Shown: positions 1-12,875, counted from the stretch's first letter. The stretch: 60,000 nucleotides of DNA from Camelus dromedarius (GCF_036321535.1 NC_087437.1:75952001-76012000), one strand, 5' to 3'. Notes: generated by a model from the sequence alone, not told the origin. Numbers and translations: made by a program.

Positions 1-449
1 TACAAGGTGCCTTGGAAAGAGATGTTTCACTCTGATAACAGGTTTGATTTGGTTCTCATTCTTTTTAGGGAGCCTTAGATTTGATGTGACTCTAGGGAAC
101 CCTAAATGAACACCAAAAGTGTACTCTTTGCTGACAGTCCATCCCTCTTCACTTGTCACGTGGTACATTTGGTCACCATGTTGAGCAGCTTGTGTCCAAC
201 AGGCAGGACACTCAGCCTCCAGAGGTCAGTCAACACAGTCCATTCCCTGCATGAAAAACACCCACGCTATGCCTTTGTGTACACTGTGAGATCTTTACTG
301 ATTGATTAAATAATGGATTAATAATTGAGAAATGCCAAACAACTCAGCCCACACTCTCGCCTCGGGAGTAGTAAGTCCAAACAGGAGGGGATAAGAGAGG
401 ATAAGAATTGATTTCCCCATCAGAAGAGAAGTGCTAAGAAGAACAAAAT

Positions 450-1012
450 GGAATAATGGTCAACATGCACTGAATCCTTAAAGCAGACCAAGCATTTCAT
501 ATGTATCAATGCTATGGATGCGAGGTTTGTATCCCCCAAAAATTCTTATGTTGAAATCTAATCCCAATGTGATAGTTTCAGGAGGTGGGACCTTTGGGAG
601 GTGACTTGGCTGAGTGCCCTTATAAAAGAGGCCCCAGAGACCTCCCTGGCCCCTTCCACCCTATGTGGTTACAGGAGATGGATGAATGTCTATGAAGCAG
701 GGAGCAGGTCCTCTCCAGACACCGAATCTGCCAGCACCTTGATCTTGGACTTCCCAGTCTTCAGAATGGAGAGAAGTAAATGTTGTTCAAGCCAGCCAGT
801 CCATGGTATTTTGTTAGATCAGCCCACACTGACTCTGCTAACCGACTCATTTCATCCTCACCAATAAGGTGGGAGTTAATTTTTCAGATAAGGAAACTGA
901 GGCACAAAGACATTAAATAATTTGTAAAAGGTTACAGAGCTAACAAGTGGCAGAGCTGGGATTTGAACCCAGGCACGGTGCCTTCAGAGACCTTGGACTT
1001 AACTACCACGCT
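450..1012. mobile_element. MIR SINE interrupted by a MaLR LTR
   Basis: MIR core (cagataaggaaactgaggcac...ggcagagctgggatttgaacccagg) at 845-1012; left part at ~450-509. Confidence 0.8.
510..840 (+). mobile_element. MaLR solo LTR (MLT1A/B-like)
   Basis: tgctatgga...cccccaaaattcttatgttgaaatctaatccc...ttataaaagaggcccc...ccttgatcttggacttcccag, typical of MLT1. Confidence 0.85.
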
Positions 1013-2549
1013 GTAGTGAAGGCAGCGATCAGGCACTTAAAAAATAATTTCCTTCTTATTAAGTAGAACTCATGTCCTGCCTAAATGATAAACCCGATGG
1101 CCATGTGTCCTCTGACAGGTCCTCAGCCGCTCTGATTGGGGGTGTGACTGGCAAGGAGAAAGTTGTATCTATCTGAGACCAGGAGGGGTGGGTGCAGCAC
1201 TGGGCATAGCAGCAGGTTTGCCAGTATTGAAGGACTTTCTCGGTTTAACTATTTTCCCAAACATGCCATTCAGGCTAATCGGAAATCAACATAATTATTT
1301 TACACCCAGTGCCTCCACATTTATCATGGTTTGCTCAAGGGACACAAGCTCATCATTTATTGTGATTTCAGCTACGGCGCCTCCATTTGTCCTTGTACAA
1401 GTCAGGGGAAGTGGGGTGGGGGGCAATCCAGAGAGAGGAAAGATCTGGGGAGCACTCAGCTAGGAAGGGGAAAGCTGTTTCATCCTGGAAACTCTTGTAC
1501 TAGTTCCCAAAACCCAGAGCTGTCACCATGGGTCCAAGTCACTCCAGGGTCAGGCAGCCCCCATGAGCATTTGTGGCTGTGGGTGCAGATCCTCACAAGC
1601 ACAAAGCATGTGTACATAATGAGAAGTGCATTGACAAAAGCTAGTTTTATAACAATTCTGAAACGTTACAAGATGATGTCGTCAGTAGGGTCTTAAATCA
1701 AGCCTCATGGGCAATTCCAATCAGTAGATGCTTTTTTTTTTCTTCTTTTTGAGACTTTGGAAGCTGCCATCAATCTGCTGGGGTGAGAACAATTGAGAAC
1801 ACCTTGTTTCCATTTCTGTTTCACCTTTAGAATACAAACCAATCTAAACTGGCATATCACTTGCCAATTTGGACATTGCTTTTAGGCAGTCAGCAATATT
1901 TGAGGGCAGCAACACCCATCTTACTGAAGCTGCCTTCGCCTGCCTCCGGTTCACTTAGTGGTTCTCCCACCGACATGTTCCGGCCATTGTCCCAGTCCCC
2001 AGGCTACTGGAGGCAGGGAATAGATGAAGGCGAGCAGCGTAAACACTGAGCTTGCCTTTCCACAAATCTCTTCCTCGACACCAGCTTCCTTCTTTCCTGA
2101 GACAGACCTGCTCTTCTTCTGCGCCAGACCCCGAGCCTCCTGCATAGGTCTGAGTTCCTTCCCAGCTCTGCCCGGATCCCTGTGGAGTCTAGCGGTTCCT
2201 CTGGGGTTCTGGGAACGTTACCATTCTCAAGACCTGCAGTTCACCCCGTGGGCAGCGCATATTGACAGGTTGTAGGAACTGGGGACTGCCAAGGAGCAAG
2301 GTGGACTGTCCTTGCCTCCTGAGGGCAAAAGGGAGATGGGTAACAAGCAAACAATAAATACTTGAATTTCACAAGTGAAGACTGCTCTAAAGAAACCTCC
2401 AGCAGGGTAAGGATATGCAAGTGATGGAGACTGTGGAACAGGATGGAGTTTTGTCCCAAGCCCTATATTGCTGCCGGGTGCCCTGTCACCTGTCACCTCT
2501 CACCTAAGAAGAAACTCCCCTCCGGTATCCAGGCCCCATACCACAACTC

Positions 2550-2675
2550 AAGACTGGTCCAGTGACAAATGAAAATGCCAGGCCCCTTGTTAAAAAAGTA
2601 TTAAGAGTTTCAAGACCATGGAAGCAGAGAGTTAACCAAGCTCATGGCCCTGTGCACCTGTACAGGCTGCCAACC
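2550..2675 (-). mobile_element. MER45A-like hAT DNA transposon remnant
   Basis: ccagtgacaaatgaaaatgccaggccccttgttaaaaagtattaagagtttcaagac matches the recalled MER45A reverse complement. Confidence 0.7.
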
Positions 2676-5606
2676 TCGTCTCCGAGGAACCTGCTCCGAT
2701 TCGGTTCCTGGTTCCGGCTTCCCATTGGCAGGCTCTGCTCAGCTCAGCCCTCAGGCTGCTGTCTGCTTCTACTGCAACAGCCGGTTTCCCTTTATACAGC
2801 TGGGGCTGGCCAGGCCCCTCAAGCCCAGATCCTGCGCCTCCACTACCCTCCAGTCCCCATCCCAGCCTCGGAGAACCTCACCTGGCCACCAGGCCCACCC
2901 AGCAGCATGTGCTCTGCAGTAGAAGCTGGTCCATTTCCAGGTTATTTCAGATCATCCTTCCTCACCCCCAGGGGCTTCTCTCACTTCCCATGCTTCCACT
3001 CCCCACTCCATCCTTGCCTGCTGCTTCTCAGTCCTGCCACTGGCAAAACGATTAGGTCAATGAACACAACCAATGCTAATATTTGGCCTTGCTTTCACAA
3101 GCTCTGGGCATATTCCTCCAAGTACCACTTAAGGAGAGAGCTCAGCAGATTGCCTACATTGAGGATAAGGCTGCAGTGAACCAGCCAGTCCGTCCACTGG
3201 AGAAGCACAGACTACTCAACTACCAAGATGTAGCTGCAGGGAACATACCGGTGCGGGAGTACTCACTGGACTCTGTAAACCGCATGCAAGGGCATTTCAG
3301 CGCCCAGGTTTCAATGCCACGCTCACCTGGTCTCTGCTCCTGCTACTGCATGAGATGAAGAGGGAGGGATAACTGAATATGTGTTTGTTGAATCAGCTTC
3401 TGTGACAAGGGAGATAACAAATGTGAGTCAGAAAGTGAAAGGAACGGGTCTTAGAAATAGGAAGCAGCAGCATCCTTTCTTCCAGGCGTGAAACTTGGAG
3501 CGAGTCACGTGGAGAGGATCGGAGGGGTAAGCTTCTTTAATGCAAAGGAAGGAGGATGATAAGGGCTCCTGCCGGGACTCACTATTGTACGTGTGGGAAC
3601 AAGGGAACTGATACCCTTTCTAGTTTAGTAATGAGGAGGATTAAAAATGTGCTTTCAGAACTGTGTGGGCTCCTTTTTATATGCTTCAGCAAGGGGCAAG
3701 AATACAGATTGACCTAGTTATATCTTCCCACCCCAGAAAACCTATGGGAAAAAAAAGTCTTAATTTTATGACTTGATATGACTTAAGTATATTCAGATAA
3801 TCTGGGAAGATAGCTTATTATTTTGGTTAAAAAAAATTAAAGCATGCAACTGATTGCTGCTGAAAAGGAACTTACCCAAGGCGTAATTTCACTCCTAAAA
3901 TCAAGACAGACCTGTGGAAAAGTGCAGGCTTTAAAGTGTGACGTCGACTCCTCCGAGCGGAGGAGGATGCCGCGCGTGACGTCGGGGGACCACCGCGGCG
4001 GCAGGAGGTGGGGGCGCCGGGGGAAGCCGTGCACCTGGTCCGGCCACCGGTGCGCGGGAGTTCTCTGGACCCAAGCCCTCTGTGCCCTTCCCGTACATTC
4101 CCTCCTTCTCTCAATCCTCTAGTTTTATTTTGCTTTTTTATTTGTTTTGGTTTTGTTTTCTTTATCTTGACTCATTTCTGGCTACACTGTCCTTGATATT
4201 GAAACTCTCTCAAGTGTCCACTTTGATCTGTCTAGCTTTAGACTCCTTTCTGGTGGATGACACTTGGACCGGCTCATCTGCAGCCTCCAGATCCAACCAG
4301 CTCTGCAGCTGAGCATCCCTGGACAGCCTCTCCCAGGGCAGGAGGCTCCTGCCCGTACTTTGCCTCCAAATGCCTGTGACTTCCTGCCAAGCTTGTGGCT
4401 TCCCCTGGACGTCCAGTTCAGCTCATACCAAACATCCGTAGTTCGTGGATTAACATCAGTGAACAAGAGTAGGCAAATTACTTCCTAATTCTCTTTCTTG
4501 GGATAGTTTTTCCAAGAAGTAATCTTTTTTGTTTGTTTGTTAAGCCTGGATCCTATGAGTAATATATGCAGAGGTGCTTTGAAAACTAAGTGCTGTGCAA
4601 ACATTAACTACTATGTTCCATCTGAAGGGACCCTTCTGGAACCGCAAGTGGAAGTAAAGCCTTCACAAGAGACAGAGCTACTCATTTTAGGTTTTTGTTT
4701 TAGTTTTCTAAAAACATTCTTCAAATTTCAAACACCATTTAATATTTGAAAGTTCCCCTCATCCATATTTTTAATCATCTTGATCTTCAGGCATTCCATT
4801 CAGCCTACATGCCTACTGTATGAAATTACAACCTGTCACCCTGGAGTCCCAGACAGGGATGGCAATAGGCCAAATAGAACATTTCAGCCTTCTGCTCAAA
4901 ACCTCCCTAGGATAGTTTCCGCTGGAATCTTTGTTATACCCAAAGCAATCTCTGATGTACGGTCCCAGGACATGTATGTAAAGAAACACACCCATGGGCC
5001 TTTTAAGATATCTATTCAGTACTCTGTTTCAATGACTTATCAATAAAAAATAAAAAATTTTTCCCAAACCACTTTGGCTTTATTGCGTCTTTATTGATCC
5101 GGTGTGATACACGACAACATAAGATTTAATTCTAAATCAAGGTTTTATAGGCTCTTTAGTGACGGCATTAATTTGAAATGAGCCTGTCTCATCTAAAATG
5201 TTTTCTATTGCTCCCATGTCAGAGACAATAACACATTTGTTTGTTCAGATTCTCCATTTTTGTTCAACACTCTGTTAGCTTCTTATAGGGCCTTGGTGAG
5301 GTCTGAGTAGAACAAATTGAAAAATGTTTAGGAGTGCAATTTAGTTTTGTTTTTTCACATATGCACTAAGAATTATTTTAAGAAGATAGTCATAGCCTTG
5401 CAAGTACTACATGTGCTAACGGCGAGAGCTACTGTTGGTGTAATAGTTGAGTCAATAAGTGCATTTAAAATTAGGTCACACTCAACTTTTGGCAGTTGGT
5501 GTTATGCTGCCTTTGTATTTAGCATAACATTTTCCACATCACGCTTAACTTGATATAAAAATTTTGAAGTTCATGTTTCTAAGAAAGGAGTCCACCAGAT
5601 TTAATA

Positions 5607-5972
5607 CAAAATTCTCAGCCCTAATTGCACATTAGAATCACCTGGGGAGCTTTTGAAGCTATAAATGCCCAGGCCCCGTCTGAGACCAATTAATTTCAGA
5701 TCTCTAGGTCTTAGTTCTCAGTGTGGTCCCTGGACAGGGACTTCAGCACCACCTAGGAACTTGCCAGGGTTGCACATTTTCAGGCCTGACGCAGACCTGC
5801 GGAATCATTCCGCTGGGGCTGAGGGCGGGCGGGGGCCAGTCCCTCTGTGCTGAAAAAGTTCTCCACATGACTGCTGCTAAAGCTCAAGAATCATGGCTTC
5901 AGGTACCAAGACTTGTATTTTTAAAAAGCTTCCGGAGATTAAAATACACATCCAGGGTTGAGAATCCCTGGG
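5607..5972. mobile_element. MER5-family hAT-Charlie elements, apparently one nested in another
   Basis: Outer: ttctcagccctaattgcacattagaatcacctggggagc...cagggttgagaatccctg. Inner copy ~5712-5898 (gttctcagtgtggtccctggacag...caagaatcatgg). Confidence 0.7.
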
Positions 5973-8528
5973 ACAGTAGTGCTGTATGAGGGCAATCTAC
6001 TTTTCTCAGCCTAAAAAAGGAAGAAACTGCTGGAACAGAAAAATACATAAAACTTTTATTTTTAGGGGAGCTGCCTCCTACACCCCACGTGCACCTCTAG
6101 GGAGAAAAGCAGTCAGTGTAGCTTGCTGAGGTCACACTCAGTGCCTGGAGAAGGCGGGCCATCTCCCTGGTTGGAACATTACGCACGGTCCTGCCACACC
6201 AACCGGCCCCTCCCAGTCAGGATGCAAAGAAGGCAATCAGAATGACCGGCCAGGGACGCAGGACTCACCTGCATGCTCGGCTATACGACAGCCCTGCCTG
6301 GAGAGAATATTTTGCACCAGATGGTTGGATTTGGGATTCCAGGTACATAATATTTTATATGGCCTTTTTCCTAATAAGTTTCATTGAAATAAATATTCCA
6401 AGTGATTGTCTCAAAGAACATGCAGATAAATACAAACCAAGGAATGCTTCCACTTGATCAAGCATTCAGATTGAATACAATACATCATTTTCAACAGTTC
6501 TTTCAAAACTCTCCTCAGGAGTGGTTCTTTAAGAGGCTAGGCATGTGGAAAAATACTCATCTGAGTCCATTTATAGCTTAGGTTGTCCACAATGAATTCC
6601 CCTTACTAAATTCTTGGTAATGAAATGTACTAAAAAATAAAAGATCTATTTAATTTTCCCTACAGTGTGTATATATTTCCTAGACGTCAACATAAATTTC
6701 ATTTTAAGTTATTTAGGATTTTTAAGCTCACCTTTGGCAGGCACTGTAGGGTTAAGGAAATTTTCATTGAAATCACTTCCTTCAGAAAGAAAGGAAGCTT
6801 TGTATTTACACCCAGTAAAATGTATTTTAAGAATTATTTAAAATAGAATTATCTTAGAAAAGAGTAAGAAAAAATAGGTATGAGATTCCAAGTCAGCTCA
6901 TTGCAGGAAAAGCCTCCTGAATTGAAACCTTCTCATTAGTCTTCAAACAGAAGGCCGCCTCCTCCTCGTACTCTCGTTGCATGTTGATGAGATTTTATTT
7001 AGTGCCGTTTTAAATTCTGCTTGGTGTCTGGAAAAGGTATCATCCGATGCTCAAATCATCTGTACTACGCCCCTCTCTAAACCCCTCTAGTGACACGAAA
7101 CCCACCCCCTCCTGATGCAGAGGATTCATCCCATTTTTGTTTTGTGGGCTAGAAAATGACGTCTCCCTGCTGGCCCCTTATCTGTCTTTCTATTGCCCAC
7201 GTCTGCCCCACTTCTGGCTCTGGCCGCGTAGACCCTGTCTGTTCCCTCCACAAGTATACTAACCCTTCATGCACCTGAAAACTGCTACCAAGAAAAACTG
7301 CACCTGGATAAAAGTAAAGATTTCCACGGGACTCAAGAAATAAGCTGTGTAAATACAAGATTGGAACAGCGTGAGTTTCTACCCCAATACTTTAGCTCCA
7401 GTTTACAGAAGAGGAAGTTAAGGCTGGAAACCAGGAATGAGCTCCCTGCTCACAGTGCTGGTCACTGGTGGAACTGAGGCTCGAGCCCAGACTGTTCTCT
7501 GTGCACTTCTGTTCTCTTTCCGCCTCTCCCTGAAGCCACATGCTGCTCTTTGACAATCTTTCTGAATTTCCAGTTTATTACCCAGTATGGTCTTCCCACG
7601 CCAGCACTGTCTATATGGTGAACCATTTACTTGGCTTCCCTTGCCTCCCCTGTTAGAATCTGATTTTTTTTTTAATGGCAGAGATTATGCCTTTCATTTA
7701 ATGTAACATTTTCCATTGTATCACCCACACTGAGATGTGGAAAAATCATTGACTTGCAAAGGAAAGTCAAATCTTTATTTGGACAGTTTACTCTCTATAG
7801 AAGCAACATAAGGAAAAAGAAAATTATCTCAACCTAGAAATGTAAATGCTTTTTTTTTTCAGTGTGGTCTTACATTACATATAGTTGCTGGTGCCAAAGA
7901 TATGTCTTAGTTAAAAACTTGGTATTTTTTTTCCCTAAAGATATGAATGTTTTAAGTACTACGCTAACAAATGCCTAAATATTTTGCATTTTTCCACTTC
8001 TTCAATTAAACACGTTGCTGATCTTAAACATGTTTCTCTGCTTCCAATCTTTCTCTCCTCCAGATCTGTCTATAGATTCCTTCCATACTCTCCTTCTTCC
8101 CTAAGAAAACGAGTCTCCTGGCCTCCTGAGTCAGTTGCACACTCCTCGGCACGGTTCAGGGCTGCACGACGCCGCTCATTTATCTCACTCTGTGCCCCCG
8201 CGGGCCTGGCGGGCACCTGGCTGAACAGAACTCCGTGCCCTCCTCCAGGCCCACACCAGTTCTCCCGCCTGCCTTGCTGTGTTCTCTCTGCTGTCCTGAA
8301 AAACTGTGGAATATCAGCAGTTTGTTTCTTTTTGGTTCTCTTCCAAACTATTAAAAACAAATTTTTTTCCAAAAGCCAATCTTAGAAAATAATAGATTTA
8401 TCTGGTTCCTAATATGACTATAAACCCAGAAAAGAACAGATTTCAGTTCCTGGTTATGCCTTATATAAGGAGAGTGCTGGCAAAGGAACTGTCATTGATT
8501 TGCTTCAGGCTGAGCCTTGTTGGCTGGG

Positions 8529-8980
8529 TGCGGTGCTTAATTTTACGTGTCAACTTGACTGGACTAAAGGATGCCCAGATAGCTGGTAAAACATTGTTTC
8601 TGGATGGCTCGGTGAGGGTGATTCTGGAAGTTTAGCACTCAGTAGGCTGAGAAAAGTAGATTGCCCTCATGAATGCCTTGAGGGTCTGAATGGAACAAAA
8701 CAAAAAGGCAGAGGAAGAGCAAATTTGCTTTCTGTGCTAGAGCCTGGACATCCATCTTCTCCCGCCCTCAGACATCGGGGCTCCGGATGACAGGCCTCCA
8801 GACTCAGACTGAATTACACCTCAAGCTTTTCTGGTCTCCAGCTTGCAGACAGCAGATCGTGGGACTTCTCGGCCTCCGTAATCACATAAGCCGATTTCTG
8901 TCATGTAAGTATATATATTTATATATAAATAAATAAAATATCCTATTGGTTCTGGTTCTCTGGAGAATTATGAAAACACA
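8529..8980 (+). mobile_element. ERVL solo LTR (MLT2-type)
   Basis: Starts tgcggtgcttaattttacgtgtcaacttgactgg, ends tcctattggttctggttctctggagaa...aca; MLT2 termini. Confidence 0.88.
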
Positions 8981-9069
8981 GTAGGAAAAGCCTACTGACC
9001 TGGTTTCTTATGAGCATTTTGTTCTAGCCTTGAGCCAAATGGCGATGTTGAGGAGAATAATGAGGAAAA

Positions 9070-9295
9070 TCGTGGTAGCTAACTTTTACTGACAGCTTAC
9101 TATGTACTAATGTAAGGCTCTATCCTCAGCTCTTTACTTGTATAATTTTATCCACACCCCTGTACAGTGCTGTGAAGTTGGTACAGTCTTTACGAGAAGA
9201 CTGAGGCTCAGAGAGTTTGGGTAACTTACTCAGGGTCACAGAGTTAGGAAATGGTAGAACGTCGTCTGATACGAAGCCCTGGCCTTTAACCATCT
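9070..9295. mobile_element. MIR SINE
   Basis: gactgaggctcagagagtttgggtaacttactcagggtcacagagttagg core. Confidence 0.75.
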
Positions 9296-9434
9296 TCCCA
9301 GCTTTGAGGGTTTGTGAACACCAACTACCGGTAGATCGGGTCATACTTTATTTTCTGTTAGTATCAGATCTGTCCTTAGGTTCAAAGGACTCTGGTGCTG
9401 ACTCCCCACATTTATGTGCATAGAAGAAAAGCAT

Positions 9435-9600
9435 CTGATGGTGCTCAAATTTCATTGTGGTTCTCGCCTGGCTGTACCTTGGAACTACCGGGTGGGCCCT
9501 TTCAAAGGACAGACGCCCCATCTCAGAGATTCTGGTTATGTTATTCAGAGGTGAGGCACCAATGTTCATAGTTTTTTAAAGCTGAGGCTTCTGCTGAGAA
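9435..9600. mobile_element. MER5-like DNA transposon remnant
   Basis: gtggttctcgcctggctgtaccttggaac...cagagattctggtt...ttttttaaagct. Confidence 0.55.
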
Positions 9601-12444
9601 CAATGTGGGTCCAGATTGCCACAGGTAAGTGGACTGACTAATCCACTGACGAGGAGCCCACAGTGCAGACGGCACTCCAGAAGGGGGAGAGGCCGCCAGG
9701 ACCCCCGTCCTCAATCTCCAGGCACATCTCGCAACCAGGGGTTAGCTGCACTTCACAGCCTACTTTGCTGGCCCGGGGGGGTGAAGAGGCGCTCTCAGGG
9801 GTGGCATACAGCTTTCACCAGGGTCCAGGTCCCTGCTGCACCCACAGTCCCGCCGAGGGCCCGACAGGCAGGTGTAATCAGAATTTCCTGGGGGATATTC
9901 AGAGCAGGTCCCCCAGGAAGCACAGCTTCTAAATTTGTCCTCGAAAATGATTAATCTGTTTAAGCAAATTCCTAGAGCATAATTAAGATGCTCTAATCAA
10001 GGAAGGAGATTGTTAATGCAGTGCCTCGGGCACTGATTCAGCGGTAGCAGCTCGTGACCAAGAGGCCTGAAAAACCTGAAGAACTCGGGAAGGTGACGGG
10101 GTGGGCTCCGCCGGGCGGCTGGAGCTCACGACGGTCCAGCGAGAGAAGGCTGTGAAGGCAGGGGGCTCAGCAGGTGGAGCCCTGCCGAGGGGCAGGGGTG
10201 GGGAGCCATGAGGTCACTCCTCCAGATTTGGGGGGTCAGGTTATTAATGGCTGTGGGAATGGCCGCAGAGTTTGTGGATGTTCTTCTCAGCCGAGTGAGG
10301 ATTGGCTGTTTGGTCCCTGGGGGCTTCCAAGGCTGGGAAAGTGAGGCCAGAGTCCCTTGGGGAGTGTTAAGGAAAGGGGGGCTGGGGGGGCAGGGCTGTT
10401 TCTCCAGCATTCCTCCCCCTGTCTGGGGAGTAGAATTATACGATGATGGCCCAGATTACGTCTCTGGGCCCTGGGGGCTGACAGTGATTTACCATCTCCC
10501 CAAGAATCCCGGAGGCCCTAGCATCCCAATGGCATGTGCCTCCCCACTAGAGCCACAGCTCCCACACACATATTCTCAAAGGGACACACTGACCTCCTCG
10601 CTGGCCCCAGGTCTCAAATTACAATGACAGGTAGATCATCCCCTCTTCTCTCCCCTCCCTGCACAGAATGGTACATCTGGGGAACAGGTCCCCCTGCCCC
10701 CAGGGACTGAAAGAGGCCTGGGTGGGGGAGGGGCGGGGGAGGTGGGAGGAAGAAGGTTGGGGAGAGCAGGGAAAGGTAGGGCTGGGGGTGTTTAATAGTT
10801 CTAACTTCATCTCTGTCTCTGCTTCGCTCTGCCCTCACCACAGACCCTCACCACCTTCCCTTCCATCGTGCTTTGTCACTCCAACCCTTGAGGTAACACA
10901 GATCTCACCTTCCTGGTCCCCTCCTTCAAATCAGCGGCCCCAGGCCGGGCCCATGTCCCTGACACAAAGTCTCGGTTGGTTGGCGCTCTAATTTCCTTCT
11001 TAACCTGCGTGAGGCCCATTAGATTAAGTACTCTTGACACCCAGACTCTTAAAACAGAAACAGCTCAGAGGGCTGCACGGTCAGCACAGGAAATACGTGG
11101 AGGGTTCATCCAGCCCCTCCCTGGTTCTGGGGACGGAGCCCTTTCAGCCTCACACCTTGGCTGGCATGTCAGGTCCCTGTGGTTGAAACAAGGGGAAGGG
11201 CATGGGGATACAACAGATACAGAGGATGGTCCCAACTCAGGCACCGCTGCCACCTCGGCACCTGCTCAGTATCTCAGGTGAATTTTCCATAGGTGAATTA
11301 CTTTCCCTTTCAAGACATTAATAGGATGTAGTTTCTGAACCAGGTCAAGAGAGGGAAGTGGAGTCAAGTGTGTGAGGCCAGTGTCAACAGGCTAGAGACG
11401 TTTTCCAGGAATTCAAGTTAGATGCTTGACTGGAAGGGAACGGGAGTGCTTCCCTTTGGAGAAGAGCTGCATCTCTCTCGGGAGGTGGAGCCTCTGTCCA
11501 GGGACCGGGGGGGGGGGGGGGGGGCTTCTACTGGGGAATCAGCAGCAGCAGGAATCGCACCAGTATCATCTCTACGACCCGTGTCTTCCTTGCCATCCCC
11601 GCCACCGGAGTGGAGTTTATCTTCCCCGTTCTCCAATTCAAGGGCCCCTTTAAGGAGCTGACACAGTCCTGATTCCTATTCAAATGTTTTCTAAGGTTTG
11701 TTGACTAATATTGAAGACAGATTCCAACTCCCTAAAGAGTGCGGCTATGGAACAATGTCAACAGCATTAATGCTCTACAAACACAAGATATGTTTAACTC
11801 AAATATTTAAATACAAATGCTCCGTTTTGGTACTGAGTACAGATGAAAGTACTCCACTGCGTTTAACTGCTGAGATCCATTGGGAGATGTCAACGTTATT
11901 AAATAACCACAAACTCGCTTCCCCGGAAAAATCCACTGGGGTGCCGTGTACTGACCCTGACTTTTTTTCTTTCCTAAATTGGCTTTATGTTGGTTCTGTT
12001 TTATCTTTCCATCTCGAGGGACAGCTTGTCTCCTGAATTGTTCATCTCTCTACCCTGGTTGGGCCTGAAGGGTGCTGTCATCACCAGACAGACACAGAGG
12101 GCTGGTGGCAGGGCACACGGGTGACCGGCCACGGCTCTTCCCTACCTTTCAGGCTGACAGCCCAGCTCCTCTCAAGGTCAGAGCCTCGAGTACTCAGCTG
12201 AGCAAAACATATGCTACCTCCTTGGGAGACTTTGATGTTCTGGGCTGGAGCTTCATTGAAAAGTACCAGGATATAATACCCTTACCCTTCAGGTCAGACA
12301 CTCCAGAGGGGGAGGCCCAACTGAGACTCTAAGATGTCTGGAGCTTGAAAAAAATATATATGATTTCTCTCCCACCATACAATTCAAAATAATACATTAA
12401 GATACAAAAGAATTCGAGACATTTTGGTGCAATCAATGAACACA

Positions 12445-12875
12445 TAAATACCCCAGCCAAGGATCGTCCCTTTGCCGTCCTGTTTCTCTCTGTCCTGCTC
12501 TGTGTCCTGGGAGCTTAAATGAGCTGATTGTTCCAACAAGTTCCCTTGCTCTTGGTTTCCAGGTGGGTTTGGCTAATGGGGCACAGAGCAGGAGGTGAGA
12601 GGGCGGGAGACGAGTGAAGTGGTAGTGCTGAGGGCTGACTGCAGCTCTGTGACCTGCCTTCCCTACCCAGCTCCACGAGTCTCCAGGTGCAGGTCAGCCT
12701 TCCAGGACCCAGACCCTTCTTCAGGCTTGGGAAAAACAGGGCTTACAGGGCCCACTGTTACCAGCCTGAGGACCCTGCACTATCTTTTGTGGCTTCCCTA
12801 CTCCTTGATAAATAATACTCAAATTTGTCCAATTCAACTGTGCCATTTATTTCCTGCTGGGGCTTAACTAATATA
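12445..12875 (+). mobile_element. Ancient ERVL LTR (LTR33-like)
   Basis: cccttgctcttggtttccaggtgggtttggctaatgggg and the terminal tgtgccatttatttcctgctggggcttaactaata. Confidence 0.65.

Noticed and set aside
2562..3179. Longest ORF in the track (205 aa)
   Set aside because: GTG start inside a MER45-like remnant, Pro/Leu/Ser-rich composition typical of GC-rich non-coding DNA, no recognisable domain.
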